This document shows, one piece after another, positions 31,779 to 40,576 of a stretch of DNA of 64,000 nt. Made by a program: the position numbers and the translations under genes. Numbering within the stretch: the first letter of the stretch is position 1; each line of letters begins with the position of its first letter. Origin of the DNA: an uncultured Bacilli bacterium (lineage in GTDB: Bacteria > Bacillota_I > Bacilli_A > RF39 > UBA660); the NCBI GenBank assembly GCA_944350385.1, contig CALVOV010000006.1, positions 3,213 through 67,212 on the forward strand, read 5' to 3'. The notes beneath the pieces were generated by a model that was not told the origin of the DNA, ran no database searches, and saw only the letters and a list, made by a program, of their open reading frames with translations.

Positions 31779-32456
31779 ATGTACGAGGAATATGTAGTAA
31801 AAAAAGGTGATACTGTTTATGGAATAAGCAATCAATTTGGGGTTAAAGCTTCTGATATTGCTAATTTAAATAACTTAGATAATTTTGTTATTCAAATTGG
31901 ACAAATTTTAAAAATTCCTACCAAACAAGGTGATAATCCTAGCAGTTATTTTACTTATACTGTTAAGAAGGGAGATAGTTTGTATTCAATTGCTAAAGTC
32001 TACGAGACTACTGTTAATGATATTATTCAACTGAATAAATTGACAAGTAATTTGTTGTCTATAGGTCAAAAGTTATTGATACCTGAAAATGATTTTACAG
32101 TAACTGCTAAACCTAATTTTAGTAAGTATACTGTAAAAAAAGGTGATACTTTATATAATATTTCCAAAAAATATGGAGTATCTGTTGATACTATTATGAA
32201 AGATAATGGTTTAAAGTCTTCTGTTCTATCTATTGGACAAGTTTTAAACATTCGTACTCCTATCACTGATGAAGTTTTAGTAGAAGAATGTTATGGAGAG
32301 GAATATGTTCCTAAAAAAGATATTATTTATATTGTTAAGAAAGGAGATAATCTATATTCGATTGCCAAAAAATATAATACCGATGTAAATAGCATAAAAA
32401 GCAAGAATAATCTAACTAGTAATTTATTAAGTATAGGACAAGAATTAAAGATTTAG
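31779..32456 (+). CDS. Protein made of four LysM domains, no signal peptide
   Basis: Four Y.VKKGD.LY.I...Y......I...N.L....L.IGQ.L.I repeats; AGGAGG RBS. Confidence 0.92.
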   Translation: MYEEYVVKKGDTVYGISNQFGVKASDIANLNNLDNFVIQIGQILKIPTKQGDNPSSYFTYTVKKGDSLYSIAKVYETTVNDIIQLNKLTSNLLSIGQKLLIPENDFTVTAKPNFSKYTVKKGDTLYNISKKYGVSVDTIMKDNGLKSSVLSIGQVLNIRTPITDEVLVEECYGEEYVPKKDIIYIVKKGDNLYSIAKKYNTDVNSIKSKNNLTSNLLSIGQELKI

Positions 32457-32471
32457 GAGGAAAATATTAGT

Positions 32472-32879
32472 ATGGAAAAATATTATAATGATATAAATTT
32501 AAAGAATGATACGGCTTATCAAAATTTTTTGATGGATAATCCTGGTAGCGGATATTTAAAAGTTCGTGCTTCGGCAGCTAATCAAGCTTATCCTATTAGT
32601 GGATTGAAAATTCGTATCTTAAAACATATTGGACAGTATGATGTAATTTTTTTTGAGGGAATTACTGATGATTCTGGAATGATAAATAATATTGTATTAC
32701 CTACACCAGATCATGCATTGAATGATTTGATGATTCCTGATTATACTTCATATGAGTTACAGGCATCTAATGCTTTAGAAAATCTTTATCAAAGTTTTCA
32801 ATTAGCTATGTATAATGGTATTACCGTTATTCAAGATATTAATGTTGTTCCAACTCTTTCTGGTTCAGAGGTGATTTAA
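32472..32879 (+). CDS. Stand-alone SleC N-terminal (pre-peptide/carboxypeptidase-regulatory-like) domain
   Basis: GYLKVR...PI....I.I...TDDSG....I.LPTP...Y..Y.L...Y.G....Q.I...P parallels the N-terminal domain of clostridial SleC. Confidence 0.7.
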   Translation: MEKYYNDINLKNDTAYQNFLMDNPGSGYLKVRASAANQAYPISGLKIRILKHIGQYDVIFFEGITDDSGMINNIVLPTPDHALNDLMIPDYTSYELQASNALENLYQSFQLAMYNGITVIQDINVVPTLSGSEVI

Positions 32880-34219
32880 TGGCGATAAAATATCCTGTTG
32901 TTCCTAACGAAATTATTGTGCACTTGGGAGCCCCAGATGCGGCAGCTAAAGATATTACTGTTTCTTTTACAGACTATATTACTAATGTGGCTTCTAGCGA
33001 AATTTATCCTACTTGGCCTACAGAAGCACTTAAAGCTAATATTTTAGCAATCATTTCTTTTACTTTAAATAGAATTTACAATGAATGGTATCGTAGTAAG
33101 GGATATAATTTTGACATTACTTCTTCCCCTGCTTATGATCAAACTTTTATCGAAAACCGAAGTGTTTACGAGAACATTAATAATATTGTAGAAGATATAT
33201 TTAACAATTATATTTATAAAGATGGGCAGGTTCAACCTTATTTTTCTCAATATTGTGACGGTCGTAATGTAACTTGTGATGGCTTGTCACAATGGGGAAG
33301 CGTTTCTCTGGCAAATAGTGGAATGGATTACTTAGAAATATTAAGAAAATATTATGGCGATGACATTAGTGTTAAATATGATGCGCCTGTTGGTGATACA
33401 ATGAGTTTTCCTGGATATGATGTAGGTCCCGGACAAGTTGGCAATCCCGTTTGGGCTATCCAAAGGGATTTAAAAAGAATTAAGCAAAATTATCCCGCTA
33501 TTCCAGTTATTAAAGATACATTAGGTATTTATAATAAAGAAACTGAAGATGCTGTCAAAAAGTTTCAAGAAATTTTTAGTTTACCTGTTACTGGTGTTGT
33601 AGATAAGGCTACTTGGTATAAAATTAAATACATTTATACAAGTGTTAAAAAGTTAGCTGATTTATGTACTGAGGGATTATCTACAGAAGAAGCTAATTTT
33701 CTTTATAAAGATGTTTTACAATATGGTGATACTGGAATTGAGGTTGAATACATTCATTATTATTTGGATGCTTTGTCATTTTTTGATGATGACATTCCTC
33801 ATTTAAAAACTAATTCCGTTTACAATGATGCAACTAAAACTATGGTTACAGCTTTTCAGGAAAAATATAATTTACCAGTAACTGGCAAATTTACTTATAC
33901 AGATTGGAATGTTTTAAAGAATGCTTATGATAATATGCTTAAATCTATTCCTGAAGAATATATAGAATATGCTGATGACTTATTTCCTGGATATTTTATT
34001 AGTGAAGGCGTTAGTGGTGAAGATGTTTATACTTTACAAAGATTACTTTTGAAGATTTGTCGCTATGATGGATCAATTCCTGGTGTTGTTGTTAATGGTG
34101 AATACGATGCTTTAACAGAGAGTTCTGTCAAAAAAATTCAGGACGACTATGATTTAGGTGTTACGGGAATAGTTGGACCTTTTTCTTGGAGAAAGATTGC
34201 AGAATTAGCTAGAAGATAA
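32879..34219 (+). CDS. sleC: Spore cortex-lytic enzyme SleC catalytic domain plus three peptidoglycan-binding domains
   Basis: PVVPNEIIVHLG, YITNVASSEIYPTWP, FTLNRIYNEWYRSKGYNFDIT, YCDG..V.C.GLSQWGS; three 'AV..FQ....LPVTG..D..TW' PG_binding_1 repeats. Confidence 0.88.
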   Translation: MAIKYPVVPNEIIVHLGAPDAAAKDITVSFTDYITNVASSEIYPTWPTEALKANILAIISFTLNRIYNEWYRSKGYNFDITSSPAYDQTFIENRSVYENINNIVEDIFNNYIYKDGQVQPYFSQYCDGRNVTCDGLSQWGSVSLANSGMDYLEILRKYYGDDISVKYDAPVGDTMSFPGYDVGPGQVGNPVWAIQRDLKRIKQNYPAIPVIKDTLGIYNKETEDAVKKFQEIFSLPVTGVVDKATWYKIKYIYTSVKKLADLCTEGLSTEEANFLYKDVLQYGDTGIEVEYIHYYLDALSFFDDDIPHLKTNSVYNDATKTMVTAFQEKYNLPVTGKFTYTDWNVLKNAYDNMLKSIPEEYIEYADDLFPGYFISEGVSGEDVYTLQRLLLKICRYDGSIPGVVVNGEYDALTESSVKKIQDDYDLGVTGIVGPFSWRKIAELARR

Positions 34220-34245
34220 AAAAAAGAGAGTTTCTCTCTTTTATT
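34217..34245. terminator. Bidirectional terminator between convergent sleC and gpmA
   Basis: A-run + GAGAG-ttt-CTCTC + T-run. Confidence 0.65.
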
Positions 34246-34933
34246 TTTCTATATAATAGTGTCTAATTGGAGTTAAATCATCGTTTAATTCGTAGACAAT
34301 TGGAGATCCTGTTTTAATTTCTAGACTTACTACTTCTTCTTTAGATAAGTTATCTAAATATTTCATTAGACCTCTTAAACTATTACCATGGGCTACTATG
34401 ATTACATTTTTTCCAGCTTCAATTACTGGTTTTATATCTGAATTCCAGTAATCTACTACTCTATCAACAGTATCCATTAAGTTTTCAGTTAATGGTAATT
34501 CTTCTTCTGTTAAATCTTTGTATTTTGGATCATTACCTGGATATCTTTCATCATCTTTTGTTAATTCTGGTGGGCGAACATCAGCACTTCTTCTCCATAA
34601 ATGAACTTGCTCTTCACCGTATTTCTTTTTTGTTTCATCTTTATTTAAGCCTTGTAATGCTCCATAATGTCTTTCATTTAATTTATAACTATAATGAATT
34701 GGAATATCTCTTTCTCCTAATTCATCTAGAATATGATATAGAGTATTATTGGCTCTTTTTAATACTGAAGTAAAAGCTTCATCAAAAGTATATCCTTCTC
34801 TTTTTAAAGCTTTACCTGCTTCTATAGCTTCTTTTACACCATTTTCTGATAAATCAACATCTGTCCATCCTGTAAATCTATTTTCTAGATTCCAAAGACT
34901 TTGTCCGTGTCTTACAATTACTAATTTTTTCAT
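34241..34933 (-). CDS. gpmA: 2,3-bisphosphoglycerate-dependent phosphoglycerate mutase
   Basis: [28 protein letters not shown] and AHGNSLR. Confidence 0.96.
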   Translation of the reverse strand: MKKLVIVRHGQSLWNLENRFTGWTDVDLSENGVKEAIEAGKALKREGYTFDEAFTSVLKRANNTLYHILDELGERDIPIHYSYKLNERHYGALQGLNKDETKKKYGEEQVHLWRRSADVRPPELTKDDERYPGNDPKYKDLTEEELPLTENLMDTVDRVVDYWNSDIKPVIEAGKNVIIVAHGNSLRGLMKYLDNLSKEEVVSLEIKTGSPIVYELNDDLTPIRHYYIEK

Positions 34934-34992
34934 TCTATTACCTCCTGTACTATTATATCAAAATATTAGTTTTTATTTCAATTTTTTAAAAT

Positions 34993-35017
34993 AAAAATTG
35001 CAGTTTTATCTGCAATT
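34993..35017 (-). terminator. Intrinsic terminator closing the 35022-42218 operon
   Basis: AATTGCAG-N6-CTGCAATT followed by TTTTATTT on the minus strand. Confidence 0.7.
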
Positions 35018-35021
35018 AATA

Positions 35022-35567
35022 TTATAAATCTTCTTCATGTAAAATATATTCCCAACCAGGTTGCCAGTCTCCTGTTTTTCGCCAATCTTTAGCATTAGCT
35101 TCTTCCCAAGAAATATGTTTTGTAATTACTTCGATAGCAAGTTGAGGAGCACGATGAGCCATAATTCCAATTGTTTTTCCTGGATATTTTTTTTGAATAT
35201 CCTTTAAAAATTCTCTAATTCTTTTTTCAACATCTTTTAATGATTCTCCATTTGGAAATGGTATATCGATATGATCTTCATATACTACTAATTTTTTATC
35301 TTCTCCATCATAATCACCATAATTGCATTCTCTTAATCTTTTGTCTTGATGTTTTTCTACATCTGGAAAAGCAATATTTGATGAATCAATAGCTCTTACT
35401 AAATCAGAAGAGAATAAAACATCAAATTTATATGGAGTATTTTTTCCTAGATTAGCAGCTTGTTCTTTTCCTAAATCGTTTAACTCTACTTGTTTCCAAC
35501 CACTACATTTTTTAGAGGCATTATCATATGTTGTACCATGTACATAATAAATTATTTTTGTTTCCAT
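35022..35567 (-). CDS. Histidine phosphatase superfamily protein with atypical VHG motif
   Basis: YVHGTT (RHG with R replaced by V), SSDLVRA, LRECNYGDYDG, FPNGES and AHRAP. Confidence 0.82.
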   Translation of the reverse strand: METKIIYYVHGTTYDNASKKCSGWKQVELNDLGKEQAANLGKNTPYKFDVLFSSDLVRAIDSSNIAFPDVEKHQDKRLRECNYGDYDGEDKKLVVYEDHIDIPFPNGESLKDVEKRIREFLKDIQKKYPGKTIGIMAHRAPQLAIEVITKHISWEEANAKDWRKTGDWQPGWEYILHEEDL

Positions 35568-35594
35568 TTTCTTTCTCCTTTTATATTTATTATA

Positions 35595-36287
35595 CTATCT
35601 TTCTGCTTCTGTGTCAGATTTATATCTTAAAAATTTAACTACACGTTCTCTATCTTCGATATCTTGGTTACATCTTTCATAATCAGAACAAATAGATTGA
35701 CCTAATGAAGAGTATTCTCCTTTTGCTGTTCTTGCTGAATTAGTAACAAATAGTATTTCGTCGCCTCTTCTAAATTTTCTGCAGAAATGGCATAAACATT
35801 CACCTTTACGTTGAGCTTTTGATACTTGTGTAACTGCTCCAACTAATTCTCCATCTTTTTGAGTCAAAAAAACTAGTTTATCATCAATACGTTGACTATA
35901 GTATGTTAAGTCTCTTTGTGCTACTGCATCATTATATCCTTTAACAAAAGAATTTAAAGCTTTGTCTTTTAATTTTAGCATTTTTTTAACTTGGCTTGCT
36001 TGGATTGTAGGTAATTTTTCAACAGAGTATTTTCCTAAAACCATATCTGTCAAATCAACTATTTCTCTTAAACTAGACATTTGACAAGCTTCAAAAGCTT
36101 CAGCATAATCTTCAAAAAAGTTTGGGAATCTCTCACAAATTTCATATAATGTTCTTTCTTTTACTGCTTGTCTTACTTTTTGATCAATGCATTGTTTATA
36201 AGTTTCTTCTAATCTTCTCATTCTAACTCGTAAAAAGTTATAATCTTCATTTGTCACTTCTTCTCTTCCTTTTATTACAATATCCAT
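35595..36287 (-). CDS. FusB/FusC-family EF-G-binding protein (helical N-domain plus treble-clef Zn finger)
   Basis: LP......VKKML linker; C-terminal C-x2-C (CHFC) then GEYSSLGQSICSDYERCNQDI, matching the FBP_C pattern G.Y...G..IC.D...CN..I. Confidence 0.72.
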   Translation of the reverse strand: MDIVIKGREEVTNEDYNFLRVRMRRLEETYKQCIDQKVRQAVKERTLYEICERFPNFFEDYAEAFEACQMSSLREIVDLTDMVLGKYSVEKLPTIQASQVKKMLKLKDKALNSFVKGYNDAVAQRDLTYYSQRIDDKLVFLTQKDGELVGAVTQVSKAQRKGECLCHFCRKFRRGDEILFVTNSARTAKGEYSSLGQSICSDYERCNQDIEDRERVVKFLRYKSDTEAER

Positions 36288-36289
36288 TT

Positions 36290-37501
36290 TTAGTTCCTCC
36301 TAATTCCTAAAGTCTTGGCAAAATCTTTTTGAAAATCTACGTGTCTATCAAATTCTTCTTGGCTAAATTGTCCTTCGCCTCGATCTATTTTTACTAATGA
36401 TCTCTCAGGAAAATTCATGATACTTGCTCCACCAATTTTTGTATATAGTCTTGGAGTACAATTCATATAGGCTGTCTTTTCACTATATGGATTTTCTTTA
36501 TCAATATAGCTATTTGAGAAGAAACCTATCGAATATGCTAACCAACGCATTGGTATTATTGTATCACGTAAATCTGTATTTTTACTGATTTCTTGGAATT
36601 CTTCATTAGTAATTGATCTTACTCTACCCATCAATTTAACTAAGGCTTCTTTAGTAGTATCTTGGAAATCAGCATTAGCAATATTTTCAATAATCATTTT
36701 TTGTGGTAATAGTAAATGTCTAGTATATAATTCTGGCATTGTATCCTTACCAGTAAAACATTTTAATATTTCTTTATATCTTTTTTCCAACTTTTGGTGA
36801 GTGGTTTTTAACATATAAGAAAATTCATCACTATCTAAAAATTTCCAGCCATCCTTTAATTTGAATATAGCTGAGTAAGCAATTTCTTGATCTCTACATA
36901 TTGGATTAGCTGGTTCTAAATACTTAGCTAATTCTTTATCTTCTAAAGCATCATAAGCTAATGTTCTAGTTAAATCAAAAATTGGATCTACTACTGATTC
37001 ATAGTAATATGGTGATACTTCTTCTTTGTTTATTTGTGTAATTTTATCTATTGTTTCTTTTTTCCATGAATTTAAATGTAAGTGATATGGCTTTTTAGAC
37101 ATTCCACTATGTCTATCTGTTGTAAATTCATCATAATTGAATACTAAATATGGATATCCTCCATCCATTTGATATTTTTGAATTATGTTTTTATCACTTA
37201 AAAATTGAATATATTTGTATCCAGTACTAAAAATGTAATGAACTGCTTCATCTGTTAGTGATGTCACTGGACTTTTTACTATGCTATCGGTTGATTGAAG
37301 CATCATTTCATAATCTGAATGTGGTTTAAATTTTGGAGCTAATGAAATATAATCTGCTCCCTTGTCTGTAATTATTTCTTTTTCATTGATGATTCCAGAA
37401 AAGTTTATTTTTTTACTTTTATTTAGATAAAATGGCCTATTGAACATATTTTTATCTTTTCCTGGAATACTTAAATGGTATACTTTAAAATTTGAATTCA
37501 T
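36290..37501 (-). CDS. Uncharacterised protein with a divergent HIT-like motif
   Basis: GMSKKPYHLHLN aligns in register with the HIT consensus GQSVxHxHxH (first His replaced by Pro, second and third kept). The rest is unassigned. Confidence 0.5.
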   Translation of the reverse strand: MNSNFKVYHLSIPGKDKNMFNRPFYLNKSKKINFSGIINEKEIITDKGADYISLAPKFKPHSDYEMMLQSTDSIVKSPVTSLTDEAVHYIFSTGYKYIQFLSDKNIIQKYQMDGGYPYLVFNYDEFTTDRHSGMSKKPYHLHLNSWKKETIDKITQINKEEVSPYYYESVVDPIFDLTRTLAYDALEDKELAKYLEPANPICRDQEIAYSAIFKLKDGWKFLDSDEFSYMLKTTHQKLEKRYKEILKCFTGKDTMPELYTRHLLLPQKMIIENIANADFQDTTKEALVKLMGRVRSITNEEFQEISKNTDLRDTIIPMRWLAYSIGFFSNSYIDKENPYSEKTAYMNCTPRLYTKIGGASIMNFPERSLVKIDRGEGQFSQEEFDRHVDFQKDFAKTLGIRRN

Positions 37502-37521
37502 TTTCCTATCCCCCTATTTTT

Positions 37522-39813
37522 TTATGTTGTTATTGGTCGACATTGAATTAGATAAATAACATTATCTTCACAAGCCCATTCTACATCGACTTCACAACCA
37601 TAATATTTTTCTATTTTCTGACCTAGACTTGCTAATTCTAGGATTATTTCATGTGAAATATTATTTCGATTAATTTCATCTACTATTTCTAATCTTTCTT
37701 GATTTACAAAGAAACGATCTGGAACAACACGATTATCTACTAATTTATCGGCCACTCCTTTAACTGATTCAATAACTATACAATCTTTATTGTTACTTAC
37801 TGGATTTTTAGTAAACATTACTCCAGAGAAATCGGCTGTTACCATTCTTTGAACAACAATTCCTCCAAAAATTGCATCATTATTAGCATTCTTATACTTT
37901 TCCAAGCCTACTCCTAATAGTGACTTCCAACATTTTTTAATACTCTTAATAGTAAAATCTACAGAGTTACAGAATAATTCAGTAATATATTGTCCAGCAA
38001 ATGATTTATCATCACTATCTTCATTTGGTGAAGAACTTCTAACCGCATAAGTATATTTATCAAAATTTAATCTTTCTTTAAAAATTTCTGGATCAATATA
38101 AGTATCTTCTATTAATTTATAAATATCTTCTTTATATTTTCCTAAATCAGTAGCAAATTTCTTATATTTTTCTAAGTTACCTTGTTCTTTTAATATATTT
38201 TCAAAGAAAGATATTCCTAAGAAAATAGCTTCTGGTACATTGTTATTAAATTTAGCTAATTCAGCAAGATTATAAGCTTTATTTCCTACTTCTTGTCTCT
38301 CAACTTTACTTTGAAGTGTATATAGTCCTACTATTTTATTGCTATCAGCTTTTGATTTTTCAAGTATCTTAACAGTTCCATTTTCAGCATCTAATTCAAT
38401 TAAATCTCCATCTTTTATTAATTTTGTTATCCCTTTAAATGCAATGATACAAGGTTTCTTTAATTCTCTAGAAATAACGGAAGCATGGGACAATATTCCA
38501 CCCTCTTCTGTAATTATTCCGCTTGATTTTACGATAGCATTCATAAAATCAAAATCTGTTCCATATGCTATTAAGATTTCGCCTTTTTCTAGTTTATTAC
38601 TTTCTTCAAAAGTAAGGCAAATTCTAGCTTTTCCTCTAACTACTCCAGGAGATGCACAAATTCCTTTTCTGGTATCTAAAACACTCTTATCTTCTTTTTC
38701 TGTTTTTACTGCTTCAAAATATTCTTCTCTGGCAGTACCTCCACTATATAGTTTAGAAACTGATGAAATATAAACTCCTTGTTTTCTTCTTTCTATTTCT
38801 TCTTGGTCAACTTTTTTATCACTTAATAATAAATCTTCAAATTCATCCATTAAATAAAAACGAATTATATCTTTTTCAAGATTATACCTATTAGAAACTT
38901 CTTCTATAATAGTATTCCTAAAGGCTACTGATTTTCCAAGAAAAGCTTTTTTTCTATCACGCATAAAACCTAATTTAGCGGCAAGTGCAAATAATTCTTT
39001 TAATTGTTTATTATTTAATTTTTTATAAATTTTGCTTTTTTTAGCTTTTAATTGTTTTGGATATTCTTCTATTTCATGCATTCTTCTATCTAAATAATCT
39101 TTACCTAGAGTTTGCATTTTTTCATATCTTGTTAATAGGACATCTTCATTTAGAGGACTACTTCCATATCCTATTGTTACATAGCTATATTCTTTTAAAT
39201 GTTTTTTGATAATACTTTTTATATTCTTATTAGGATTTTCTTTGATAGCTTTTAAGAAAGCATACTCTTCTCTTATAACTGCTGTATTATCATCCAAAGA
39301 ATATAGAATACTTATCTCATCTGATGTTAAATATTTTGATGCATTTAAATCAGAAATAGCTCTTTGTAATCCTAATTCTACAGGAGCTAAATTGATGTAA
39401 TATATTTGATTCAAAGTTATTTGATACCAATTGAATAATAAATCATACAACTCTTCATTAGTTAATTTTTTTAAATTTACTCTAGATTTCTTTTTAAGAA
39501 ACTCTTCTAATAAAGTTTCTTTTCTTTCATAGTACCATTTACAATTTTTAATAATATCTGGATTACTATTTTCTTTGGGATTTCTAAATTGTTTAGATAT
39601 CTGATCTAAAGCTTTTTCCCATTCATCTTGTGGAGTGAATGACCACAATTTATTATCTTGAAAATATAAACAAATATTTTTAAAACGGAACCAGTTAATA
39701 GTTGATGAATGTTGATCATACAAATCGTAGATGAATTGTACTGATAGCATAGAGTCAACATTTCGATAATTAATTTGTTTCCAATTTGTTATTTTTTTTG
39801 TACGTATATACAT
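37522..39813 (-). CDS. PEP-utilising dikinase-like enzyme with permuted domain order (substrate domain - phospho-His swivel - ATP-grasp)
   Basis: Central ASPG...EEGGILSHASVISRELKKPCI swivel domain; C-terminal VGNKAYNL, AVRSSSPNEDS...SFAGQY, VQRMV...SGVMFT.NP and EWA....IYLIQCRPIT (PPDK_N). Confidence 0.85.
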   Translation of the reverse strand: MYIRTKKITNWKQINYRNVDSMLSVQFIYDLYDQHSSTINWFRFKNICLYFQDNKLWSFTPQDEWEKALDQISKQFRNPKENSNPDIIKNCKWYYERKETLLEEFLKKKSRVNLKKLTNEELYDLLFNWYQITLNQIYYINLAPVELGLQRAISDLNASKYLTSDEISILYSLDDNTAVIREEYAFLKAIKENPNKNIKSIIKKHLKEYSYVTIGYGSSPLNEDVLLTRYEKMQTLGKDYLDRRMHEIEEYPKQLKAKKSKIYKKLNNKQLKELFALAAKLGFMRDRKKAFLGKSVAFRNTIIEEVSNRYNLEKDIIRFYLMDEFEDLLLSDKKVDQEEIERRKQGVYISSVSKLYSGGTAREEYFEAVKTEKEDKSVLDTRKGICASPGVVRGKARICLTFEESNKLEKGEILIAYGTDFDFMNAIVKSSGIITEEGGILSHASVISRELKKPCIIAFKGITKLIKDGDLIELDAENGTVKILEKSKADSNKIVGLYTLQSKVERQEVGNKAYNLAELAKFNNNVPEAIFLGISFFENILKEQGNLEKYKKFATDLGKYKEDIYKLIEDTYIDPEIFKERLNFDKYTYAVRSSSPNEDSDDKSFAGQYITELFCNSVDFTIKSIKKCWKSLLGVGLEKYKNANNDAIFGGIVVQRMVTADFSGVMFTKNPVSNNKDCIVIESVKGVADKLVDNRVVPDRFFVNQERLEIVDEINRNNISHEIILELASLGQKIEKYYGCEVDVEWACEDNVIYLIQCRPITT

Positions 39814-39825
39814 TATATTACCTCC

Positions 39826-40575
39826 TTATAATACATACTTATTCTTTATTAACTCTAGGAATTCATGATATCCTTTATCTTTTTCACGTGGAAATTTTAA
39901 AGGATTTTCGATTTTTTCATATTTATTATTCTTTCCTAATAAATGAATGTAATCTCCTAGTTTTACTGCTTCTTCCAAATAATGAGTTGATAAAATCGAA
40001 GTAAATTGTTCTTTAGAAAATTCATTTAAAAATATTTCATGAATGTTTTCTTTAGAAATAAAATCTAGAGCACAAAATGGTTCATCTAATAATACTATTT
40101 TTGGTTTAGTAATTATAGCTTTACATAAAGCAACTTTTTGTTTTAAACCTACAGATAATTCAAATGGATAAAAATCTTTATATTCAGTTAAATTATGCTT
40201 TTTTAGTATTTCTTCAATATATTCATCATTTTTGTCTTTTATATTACACGCTTCTAATGCAAAAGTAATATTTTGATAAACCGTCAACCAAGGAAGTAAG
40301 TTATTTTCTTGAAGAATCATTGAAATAAAAATATCATTTTCATGTTTTTCATTAAAGGTTATTGTACCACTTTCTATTTCTTCTAAACCAGCAATTATTC
40401 TAAGCAATGTTGATTTACCGCAACCAGATACTCCTAAAATACAATGAATTTTTCCTTTTTCAAATTCTATATTAAAGTTATTAAAAACTTGTTTTTTAAC
40501 ATCGTGCCCATTTTTATAATTTTTAATCAGCCCTTTTACTTTTATACTATATGTTTTTCTTTTTTTCTTTGCCAT
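39826..40575 (-). CDS. ABC transporter ATP-binding protein (SsuB/TauB-like)
   Basis: GVSGCGKST Walker A, LLPWLTV, signature LSVGLKQ and LLDEPF Walker B. Likely start is ATG 40575. Confidence 0.9.
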   Translation of the reverse strand: MAKKKRKTYSIKVKGLIKNYKNGHDVKKQVFNNFNIEFEKGKIHCILGVSGCGKSTLLRIIAGLEEIESGTITFNEKHENDIFISMILQENNLLPWLTVYQNITFALEACNIKDKNDEYIEEILKKHNLTEYKDFYPFELSVGLKQKVALCKAIITKPKIVLLDEPFCALDFISKENIHEIFLNEFSKEQFTSILSTHYLEEAVKLGDYIHLLGKNNKYEKIENPLKFPREKDKGYHEFLELIKNKYVL

Positions 40576-40576
40576 A

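Noticed and set aside
32877-32881. sleC split as a sequencing frameshift
   Set aside because: The second ORF has its own RBS and the pro-peptide linker is missing, which one indel would not produce.
37522-39813. Calling this gene ppsA, ppdK or rph
   Set aside because: There is no PEP/pyruvate barrel, and the domain order differs from RPH; the substrate cannot be assigned from sequence.
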